Shown here: one piece after another, positions 13,579 to 23,920 of the stretch
Layout of the letters: the number at the start of each line of letters is the position of its first letter
How positions within the stretch are numbered: the first letter of the stretch is position 1
Origin: Geosiphon pyriformis uo1
Taxonomy: Eukaryota; Fungi; Glomeromycota
DNA: 64,000 bases
Assembly: GCA_016748015.1 (NCBI GenBank)
Contig: JAAOMT010000503.1
Span: forward strand, 856,305-920,304
Direction: 5' to 3'
Notes under the pieces: model-generated
Databases searched by the model: none
What the model was told of the DNA's origin: nothing
Seen by the model: only the letters and a program-made list of their open reading frames with translations
Program-made: the position numbers and the translations under genes

Positions 13579-14498
13579 TGTTACTTATAGAATAGAGGAA
13601 GTATATTATTATTGACAAGTAGAAATTAGCCAATCAGAAGTAGACATAGTAAATGTGGAATTCCAGGATTCCTCTCAGAGGAATTGCAGGATTCTAGGAG
13701 TTTCAGGATTCTTCAGTAAGGAATTGCAGGATTCCAGAATTTCTCTCATCAGGAATTGCAGGGTTCCAGAAATCCCAGAATTCCTATCACAAAAAATTGA
13801 AGAATTGAGAAATCTCAAATATGTATATATAGCAGTAGCATTAGAAGCAAAAAAAACAGAATCAACACCAAGAATTCTTAGCTTAATTACCACAATCCTC
13901 AAATAAATAATTATTTGCTATATTAAATTCATTCTTCACTATCAACACTTTATGTTGATAGTAATGGATATTTAACCATACTAGAACAATAGCTTTTGAT
14001 CATGGCTATTGATAGGATACTAACTTGCAAATTGCCTTGGCTTATTTCTTATTTTCTCTTTTATTTTTTCTTTATTTTCTTTGTTGTCTGCTAACTTAAT
14101 TAAAAAATTTACTCTTGGAGGACTTATGAAGGAATAAAACTTACTTAACAATACTTATTCTTGGAGGACTTATGAAGGAATAAACTTGCTTAAACAATAC
14201 TTACTCTTGGAGGACTTACAGAAGAACTGATGTCAGAAAACAGCACTGGTATACACTTATGGAGAATATCGTACCAGGAGAATCATCAACTATTAAGTTG
14301 AGCAAGCAATCGATGAAACTACAGTTTCAGGAAACTACTAATAAACTGTTACCATTGAATCTCTGTCCATTATACAAAGAACTCGATTGGAAAATCTTCA
14401 GATAAAATACCTTCAGATTATCATCGTCACTAATTGCTTTGTACACCAAGTTATGAGTTTGTTATTCACTCAGAACCTCAAAGACACCACCTATAACA
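13579..14498 (+). repeat. 5' LTR of copy C
   Basis: TGTTACTT...CTATAACA; direct repeat of 22993-23920; followed by TT and the PBS. Confidence 0.95.
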
Positions 14499-14500
14499 TT

Positions 14501-14517
14501 TGGTGCTCCCTGTGAGG
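14501..14517 (+). promoter_or_regulatory. Primer-binding site of copy C (TGGTGCTCCCTGTGAGG)
   Basis: Complementary to a tRNA 3' end ...CCUCACAGGGAGCACCA; sits in the canonical position after the 5' LTR. Confidence 0.9.
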
Positions 14518-14557
14518 TATAATCCTACAGAAAACCAGCACCAACACAAATCTAAAA

Positions 14558-17500
14558 GTGGCAGAATCAGAAAACATAGGAGCCAACCACTTAGGATTCG
14601 CAAATCTTTGTTTTAACAATACAGCCAACAATTAGGATTAAACAGTAATCACTATCTAGCCGAATCAGCCTTCAATTATTACGTCAACGATAAAATCACA
14701 GACTGTTTAGGAGAAACCATTAATATCGAGTCAGCAAAAGAAAATTTCTATACAGAATTATTTTAACACACCAGCTTACCAAGAAATCACAGTTTTGTCC
14801 CAATTATCAGGAAAATCAATCAAACCATTGAAAAATACACACAACAACAATTTCTCATTATCTACGCAGACAAAGATAAAGGAAAAATACAAACACCAGC
14901 AGTTACACCAAAAGGAATACAGTTACCTAGTTGGAAGAAACATAGAGTAGAATTACCAACTGTTCCATCATATCACTACACACTTGGAAGTGCCATCAAC
15001 ATTTCATCAGCAAACGCGTTCACATTAAACATAACATCAATATTTGGAAGATTTCAGTTCCAAAACAACCAATGGAAAGAAGACTTACTAGGACCATACA
15101 GTGCATATTTTGAAGGATTTAAATCATGACCCCCAACGCCATTAGGAATTTAATTACCACTACCCCAACCAGATTTTGGAGCTACTACTCCATGAGAATT
15201 ATCAGAGGAAGAAAAGAAAGGAAGTAAAGATCAAGGATTCACTTACCAAAATCCGATCTCAGAAAACTTGAAATTTGGAACTCCGAATGTTCAAACTTCA
15301 CAAAATTTGAACATAAAAAATCTGGAAATTGAAACTCTGAATATTAGAACTCAGCAAAATCAAAACAATCAGAACCCCGATTTAATTAATCAGTCAAACG
15401 TACTTCCAAATATTGTTATCGATTACCCACCAATTGATCCAATAGTCAAACTCATTCAGCAGCCACCTTAACAACCGAATCCACAAATCCATCAGCCACA
15501 AAGACCATCTTAGCAACCACCACCACTGCAACAACAACTGCTACAGCAGCCACCACAACAACTAAATGTAAACCAAATGGCCTATGCATTTATTGCAAAG
15601 TTAGAAAACTTTACTGGTAAAGAAGACAATGCTCAAGCATAGATCAATGATGTCTCCAAGGCCATCATAGCAAACAATTGGGATGATGCCAGAGTCCTAC
15701 AGGCAATATCATACTTTCTTAAAGAAACTGCTGATTCTTAGTATCAGAGTTTAGCCACCAGACCACAAACATTCCAACAATTCAAAACTGCCTTTCTGAG
15801 ATATTTTAGCAATAATAACAGTATTAATTGTCTAGCCAATACTTTCACCACCATCAAACAGAATAATACTGAAGTAATCACAACATACCTAGAATGCTTT
15901 TATAGAGTCCTACGCCAAATTCAAGCCATTAATGCTGTGTATTTCACAGAACTCCAGATCCTTAATCAGTTTATTTGTGGCCTGTGCAGTAGCATTTTGC
16001 AACACGTACACCTATTACATCCAGCCAACCTTTAAGCTGCAGTCACACATGCCAGAGATTTTGAATCAGCTAAGCTAGAAGCCAACTACGCTCAAGCTGT
16101 AAATTTAGTAATGAATAGATTATCTGATTTAGATTCCAAATTGAAGCAAATCAGTGATACTATCAATCAGAAAATCAAGGGATACTTAGCTAACAACCAT
16201 CAGTATATTTATCAACCTCCTCAAAAATGCAGTAATCAGGAAAATGCCAATCATTTCCAAAATCAAGCATGTCCATCATTGTCAATTAATCAACCATGGC
16301 AGCAGGAAATGTGTGTTTGCCACAACTATGGTAAACAAGGTCACATAAGAGCCAACTGTAATGCTTATAACCAATGATCGGAAAATCAACATCAAAACCC
16401 CAATTTCCAATTCCAAATCCAGAATCAATATCAAAATTAAGATCAATACCAAAACACTTATCTGCCAATAATGCAGCAGCCAATTTATCAAGCACCAGTA
16501 TATCAGACTCCAGTTTATCAACCGCAGCCACCAGTAATATATCAACTGCAGCCATCCATAATATATTAACCACAGTCACAAGTAATCTATCAACCTCAAA
16601 CCATTCAAACACCACCCCAAAACTTACCTCAACACAGAATCCAAAAACTGAGAATAACACAACAAAACTGGAGATCGGTGATGGTTGTCTACCAACTAAT
16701 CTCCAGTTCTTCTCATGCACCATCAGAATTACATTCTCAGAATTCGGGTATCAATGTTACCCAAAACCCGAATTTCCAGAACTATTTAAGTTTCCTGGTT
16801 ATCCCAGAAGATGCCACCACCAACAATTCGGGATCTAACCAACAACAAGCACTTACCAACAACATTCCACCAGCAACTGTCACCAACAATGAATCACTCA
16901 TGGCCATCTTTCCCTTTGACTTGGAAGAAATGATCAAAATTCTATTGTTCAATAGAGCAGCTCTTAAAGAGAAGCCAATCACTGCCATGTATATGGATGT
17001 CAAAATCAATGGCCACATCATCAAACTGATCTTAGATAGTGGATCAGCTGGCAGCATCATAACAAAGCAACTCATGGATCAATTAGGTCACTGAGTTAAC
17101 TGAACTGCTAGTACAAGGATTATTACAGCTGATAGAGCAACCAAAACTCCAATAGGTGAAATAGACAATCTACCTATCAAAATTAATGACATCACAGTAT
17201 CCATCAAAGTCCTTGTAATGGAAGCCATTCAGTATCAAGCTCTTGTTAGAAATAATTGGCTATCCAAAACAAATGCCATACTTGATTGGACAATGCAAAA
17301 GCTCCAACTGAGCCAAAACGGTCAACATACTCGGGCACCAGCAGTATGTGACCACTTTAAACCAACCAACTTGCAGCCACTAATTGAATTTGAGGAAGAA
17401 ACAATAAAACCAATATGGGAAGTGTATCAGATTTCATGGACTGATGTTGACCATAATGAACTGCTATCTATACTTGCCTGAGATAAAGACGACCATGGAA

Positions 17501-20500
17501 AAGGAAAGCAGAAAAAAGAACATACCTGGGAAACCACTATTGACACTTGGAACAAAGATGACAAAAGCAAATTCACACTGACAACCAGCTGGAAAGAAAA
17601 AGAGAAAGAAAAAAAAAAGACAAGTCACCTAAACAAACCACCAACACACCTCAAGTAACCAATGGTTGGACAAGTTTGTACTCCGTCCATGAGTCACTGC
17701 CACAACCACCACACATACCGCTCAAATACAAAAATTGTGGGAAGAAACTTTCTTCCATGGGAGCTTGGGTCATGCCAGACAAAGATTACTGGATGCGAAC
17801 TTACTATTATTGCAAGCCTTGCCACTGCAAATAGTATGACTACCCAAAAAGACAAGGCAAATAGGACAACAAAACATGTCTCGCTTGTGGCAAACAGTTG
17901 CTTAATGAAGGAATGTGGAATGACATTCTTGGTCGAAGAAGAATGTATGACACTTCGTGCCAGTACACAATTCTCATCAGCAACTGGGTGAGTTGTGGCA
18001 TGCCAATAACTGCCACTTAGCACCAAGCAATCTCTCATCTGGACAGATATCCACACAATGAAGACGAGATCTGGCAGATGGCGAATGCCAAAGTAGAAGG
18101 CACCACACCCAGCAAAATCTTGGAAATCAAAAACAATTCTCCAGAACCAGTCAATATTATCTTAATCCCAAATCCAGATGCTTTCTTTAACATTGAGACC
18201 AACCCAGAAGACTTTCATGAACATTATCAAAATTTAGCACCAACCAGAGAGGAACAAAAAGAGTGGTTAGTATAGTTAAACACTTGATTATGTAACCACT
18301 GCTTGATCCCATATGACTTTCAATATTGTAATGAGTGTGACCTTATTTACAATCTACTGATCCACATGATCTACATGATCCCAGAGGAAAAAGAACCAAT
18401 CAGCAGCTGCGCATTAGAATCAGAATCACCATTCAATTCCAATTCAAACTTTGACAATGATGATGATAAAAACACTGGTTCCAGCTCTGTTCAAATTGGT
18501 GATAACAACAACAATGATTCCAACTCAGATTCAAATTCTGACCCAAAATATGAACAATATATTACACTGCCAGACCTCTTCAAAGAACAGAAGTTGAAAT
18601 GGTATAATGACAATAATGAAGGTATTATGCCAGAATGTGCACACGATACTAATGCTAGGTTTAATCTGAGATATCTGGGAAAAGATCCCATTAAATTGGA
18701 ACCACATTCACACACCTGCATAGATCTGAAAGTAGCACTGGAAATTCCAACAACAACAATGATTCAACTAGTATTTAGGAGTAGTTTAACAAAAAGAGGG
18801 ATTAATATAAGAAGAGGAATAATTGATGCAGGATATGTAGGAAATATTATTGCTATGCTACAAAATGACTCTGAAAAGGCCTATATCATAGAGCCAAATG
18901 AAAAGATAGCACAGGCAATATTCCTGCCTCTGGTGAAAATAGCTCAGTTAATATTAGTGGGAAATAGGGAGGAATTAGGAATAACAGTAAGAGGAATACA
19001 GGGATTTGGATCAATGAATAGAATAGATGTACCAGTCAATATGGCAGAAAAAGAAATTATTGACCAAGAAGAAATTATCTCAATGGGTCAAGCAATTTCT
19101 ATTCTACTATATGGCCAGTACATAGTAGAAATAAAGTGAGAAGTAAAAAAACAGAATCAGATTTTTGAAGCAGAACTAACCCTTTGTGAATTAGGAGAGA
19201 TTGGACTCATCAATTTTCATATACCAGCCAAAGATTACAACCACATCAAAATTCCCATCTACAATAACACAGAAAATGTCATAGTAATACCAGCCGAAAC
19301 TACTATTGGATACTTAAGCACTGAAATAGAGGATCAACCACCAAGCACCATTTTAGACTTTCTACAGCTTTGTGGATATGTCAATATTACATCACAAACA
19401 ATATATGGATGAAGCAAATGTTATTTGCTTCAACCAGAGCAATTGGAACAAATGAACATGAGAAACTTAGATCCACTTTAACGTATGCAGCTCAAGATGT
19501 TGCTCAACAATTTTACAACATCTTTGCCAGCGAAAATGAGTTTGGCTGAACTAATATCATCCAGCATCAGATTAAGACTGGAGATACAATGCCAATTAAA
19601 CAAAGAGCATACAGAGTACCACCAGTTAGCCATGAGATTATTTGTCAAGAGATAAACCAAATGCTTAACAATGGGCTAATTCAATCATCAATGAGCCCAT
19701 GGTCATTACCAGTGGTACTTGTCCAGAAGAAAAATGGAAAAATCTGATTTTGTGTGGACTACAGGAAACTCAATGGTGTAACTCATGGAGACAGCTATCC
19801 AACCCCAAAAATACAAAAATTATTTGATGCTTTCAGCAAAAACAAATGGTTCTCAACATTAGACTTGGACAGTGGTTACTAATAAGTAGCCATGGATCCA
19901 GCTGACAAAGAAAAGACAGCATTCACTACTAAAGAAGGGAATTTTGAATTTGAAGTAATGCTCTTTGGCTTAACCAATGTCCCAGCCACTTTCCAATGGC
20001 TAATAGAAATTGTTTATACTGGTTTATTGTGGAAATTAGTAGTTGTATACTTAGACAACACCAATGTATTCTCAAAAAAATTTGATGATCATCTTCATCA
20101 TCTTCAACAAGTGTTTGAAAGGCTAAAAAGAGCAAGACTAAAGTTAAATGCAACAAAGTGCTTCTTCGGCAAGACAGAACTAAAATTCTTAAGACACATA
20201 GTTAGCAAAGATGGCATTAAAACAAATCCAGAGAAAATAGAGATAGTAAAGAACTTTCCAGTACCAACCAATATGACTGAATTGAAATCATTCTTGGGAT
20301 TTGCAAGCTATTATCGACACTTTATAAAAAACTTTTCAAAGATAGCTCAACTACTCAATAATCTGTAAACCAAGAATACCAAATATGAATGAACAGAAAG
20401 TCAACAAGAAGCTTTTGATATTCTGAAAAGAAAGCTTATTCAAGCTCCAGTACTGATCTACTCAGATCACAACAAACCATTCATCATTATCACTGATGTA

Positions 20501-20851
20501 TCAGGCCAAGCATTGAGAGCAGTACTATCTCAGAAGGGACCAGATGGTAGAGAACATCCAGTAGCATATGCCAGCTAAAGTCTAACACCAGCCAAAAAGA
20601 ACTATGAAACACCAGAACTAGAACATTTAGCAATCTATTAGACAGTCATAAAGTGGAACAAATACTTGAGCCAAAAATTTGATATATACATGGATCATAA
20701 AGGGTTAACATTACTTCAAAAACAAGAATTTGATGACAGCTGCCAATCCAGATGGAAAATGGCACTCTTATAATATACTTATACTATACACTATAAGAAA
20801 GGAAAAGACAACAGAAATGCTGATGGTTTGTCACAAATTAGACAAATCTAA
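14558..20851 (+). pseudogene. Gag-PR-Cys domain-dUTPase-RT-RNase H polyprotein of copy C (single ancestral frame, disrupted)
   Basis: Capsid-like region from ATG 15577 (MAYAFIAKLENFTG). Zinc knuckle CHNYGKQGHIRANC near 16320 reads in frame into protease LILDSGSAGSII near 17030. RT 19500-20370; RNase H ends NADGLSQIRQI* at 20849-20851. Confidence 0.92.
18590..19030 (+). pseudogene. Trimeric-type dUTPase domain inside pol (best-preserved copy; also in A 2440-2860, B 9530-9960, D 46730-47170, E 60880-61310)
   Basis: All five dUTPase motifs are recognisable: (DAG)FNL, RSS, GIIDAGYVGNI, EKIAQAI, RGIQGFGS. Confidence 0.92.
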
Positions 20852-20912
20852 GAACATCTCAAACCCAAAATATAACAAAACCAGAACAATACCAACGAAA
20901 ATATAACAAAAG

Positions 20913-22295
20913 ATGAACATACAAAAATATCAACAATTTCAACATTATATAAACACTCAACAGTTCAAGGAGAATTTATCTTAAACGGAACGAAAAAGTA
21001 TCAAACAACAATCAAAATATTTTATTACTCACCAAAATATACTTTATTGGAAAAATAGAAGAGATCTAGATCAACCAACCAGAGTAATTACAGAGCCAGA
21101 AAAAGAGACAATATTATTCAACATGCATTCAAATCCAACAGCAGGACACTTTCACAAAAAAGCAACCATAGAAAGAACCAGAAAAAGATACTATTGGCCA
21201 TCAATGTATCCAGACATCATCTAATATGTTCAAAATTGTGATGCTTGTCAGTAAAGAGGAGGAACAAAACCCAGTGAATTATTAAAATCAATCAAAATAG
21301 GACAACTATTCGACCATATTGGAATTGATTTAGTTGGACCATTAACAATTACCAGCAGAGGAAACAGATACATAGCAGTAGCCATAGACTATTTCACTAA
21401 ATGGCCAGAGATGAAAGCAATTCAAAGAGCGGATGCAGAATTCATTGCCAAATTCGTTCATCAGGATTTGATTTGTTGACATGGATGTCCAAAAGAATTA
21501 TTATCAGACCAAAGAACTCATTTTGTGAACAGAACATTAACAGAATTGAGCCAAAAATTCGGAATTAAGAGACCATTATCATCACCATACCATCCATAAA
21601 CCAACAGATTAGTCAAAAGATTCAACAGAACATTCTGTGAAGCAATAGCTAAGCTCAGCCAAGAAAACCAGAACAATTGAGATTTGTTGATACCATCAGT
21701 ACTATTTGCTTATCAGACAATAAAGCAAGATACTACACAAGCAACACCATTTGAATTAGTATATGATAAAACAGCAATACTACCAGTGGAAATAGAAGTC
21801 AGCACATATCCAACCAAACCAATAACAGAAGAAAATTTCAAAAACACATTGTTGAGAAGAACATATGACTTAATGAAAATATTAGAAAACAAATGATGGA
21901 AAGCAGCTGATAACATACAAAGGTCACAAGAAAAACAAAAAAAAAGACATGATAACCAACTACCAGATAAACCAGTTGAATTCAAGATTGGAGACAAAGT
22001 ACTACTACATCATACCAAAGTGGAAAAACAATGGAGTGGAAAATTTGATCCCAAATGAGACAGACCATTTCACATAGAAGAAATTCTAGGAAATGGAGCT
22101 TACAAATTAAGATTGAATAACAAAATCTTGACCAAAGCAACACATGGAGATCGACTGAAACCATACCACCATATAGCATCATCATCTATCAGTAATATTC
22201 TACAACTGGGAGTACAGAGAATACTAGTCCAACCAGATGAGATTCCACGAGATCTGGAACCAATCATCATCATTAATAACAACACATCCAATTGA
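20913..22295 (+). pseudogene. Separate integrase ORF of copy C
   Basis: Own ATG at 20913 (MNIQKYQQFQHY..), H-x6-H...CxxC zinc finger, IGIDLVGPL / LLSDQ / VKRFNRT core, GPF-like motif, LEPIIII then TGA. Confidence 0.9.
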
Positions 22296-22319
22296 TTGAC
22301 AGAAAAAATATATAAAAGC

Positions 22320-22979
22320 ATGATTGATGCAATAGAAAAATGCAGAAAAATAGAAATTACTGACAACATCCATTCATTAGCACAACAAATCTTTCAATTA
22401 ATCCAACACTAGGAGATAGAAATTACAATCAATTAACAAACCATTTGATACAAAAGTACTGCAAGAATACCACAACACAAAGTACAGAGAAAACTCGAAA
22501 ATGTTGTTGACAAGATTATGACCAAGGTAAAATTGGCCATGAAAGAACAACAAATAGTTGGATTACACCAAGAACTTACCAGAGAAACTTGGACTTGGTA
22601 GATGCAACAATTTCTGAAAAACTATTGTCATTTTCACTTGAGACAACATGTAAATATCCAGAATTTGTACACTGACAAAACAAAATAGTTATTCGACACA
22701 ACAATACTGAGACAACTGAAACAATTTGTGGGAAAAAACAATCTAACCACACAAGCTCGAGCCATTTACTGGCTATATATGGGATTTCAAGACCAACCAG
22801 AAATTTTACTCAACACAGCAATAAATACAGTTATAAGTAATCAATTGGGGAAAATAACCAACACCCAATTTGAAGAACTACAAACTCAAATAACACAAGT
22901 AATACTCGAAAAAGAAGTTCAAAAAATAATTCAAGAGGGGGAATTAAAAGAGTTAGATTTTGACGGAGCTTAATATTAA
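22320..22979 (+). pseudogene. Third ORF (~220 codons) of copy C, unknown function, ending at the PPT
   Basis: ATG 22320; continuous frame whose stops are all explicable as CAA/CAG/CGA/TGG transitions; includes ORF-track 22728-22973; homologous in B and D (41814-42059). Confidence 0.8.
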
Positions 22980-22992
22980 AAGGAGGGAATAA

Positions 22993-23920
22993 TATTACTC
23001 ATAGAATAGAGAAAGTATATTATTATTAGCAAGTAGAGATTAGCCAATCAGAAGTAGACATAGTAAATGTGGAATTCTAGGATTCTTCTCAGAGAAATTG
23101 CAAGATTTAAGGAGTTTCAGGATTCTCTGGTGAGGAATCACAGGATTCCAGAATTTCAGGATTCCTTTCATCAGGAATCACAGGATTTCAGGAATTCCAG
23201 AATTTCTGTCACAAGAAATTGAAGAATTGAGGAATCTCAAATATGTATATATAGCAGTAGCATTAGAAGCAGAAAAGACAGAATTGACACCAAAAATCCT
23301 TAGCTTAGTTACCACAATCCTCAAATAAATAATTATTCACTATATTAAATTCATTCTTCACTATCAACATTTTATGTTGATAGTAACAAATACTTAACTA
23401 TACTAGAACAATAGCTTTTGATCATGGCTATTGATGGGATACTAACTTGCAAATTGCCTTGGCTTATTTCTTATTTTCTCTTTTATCTTTTCTTTATTTT
23501 CTTTGTTGTCTGCTAACTTGATTAAAAGATTTACTCTTGGAAGACTTATGGAGGAATAAAACTTACTTAACAATACTTACTCTTGGAGGACTTATAAAAG
23601 AATAAACTTGCTTAAACAATACTTACTCTTGGAGGACTTACAGAAGAACTGACATCAGGAAACAGCACTAGTATACACTTATGGAAGATATTGTACCAAG
23701 AGAATCATCAACCATCAAGCTAAGCAAGCAATTGACGAAACTACAGTTTCAGGAAACTACTGATAAACTGTTACCATTGAATTTTTGTCCATTATACAAA
23801 GAACTCAATTGGAAAACCTTTAGATAAAATACCTTTAGATTATCATTGTTACCAATTGCTTTGCACACCAAGTTATAGATTTGTTATTCACTCAGAATTC
23901 CAAAGACACCACCTGTAACA
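22993..23920 (+). repeat. 3' LTR of copy C
   Basis: Preceded by PPT AAAAGGAGGGAATAA; ends CCTGTAACA. Confidence 0.95.

Larger units (their letters stand above)
13579..23920 (+). mobile_element. Full-length Ty3/Gypsy copy C (family 1, LTR subfamily with 3x ~44-bp repeat), ~10.3 kb, decayed
   Basis: Paired LTRs 13579-14498 and 22993-23920 (TGTTAC...TAACA), PBS 14501-14517, PPT 22978-22992. Flanks ATGG (13575-13578) and ACAG (23921-23924) are consistent with one 4-bp TSD, ACGG. Confidence 0.97.

Noticed and set aside
14109-14222. Regularly spaced direct repeats resembling a mini-CRISPR
   Set aside because: The spacers are themselves near-identical, the array is duplicated in both LTRs, the context is eukaryotic and there are no cas genes.
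16374-16838. Ser/Thr-rich 154-aa ORF (also 4782-5000 and antisense 16286-16723, 49190-49528) resembling a mucin or adhesin
   Set aside because: It is a shadow frame of the Q/P/Y-rich Gag linker; the frame linking the zinc knuckle to protease is the other one.
22320-22979. Possible env gene or chromodomain after integrase
   Set aside because: No signal peptide, transmembrane segment or chromodomain motif (Y.VKW.G) is visible; reported instead as an unknown ORF.
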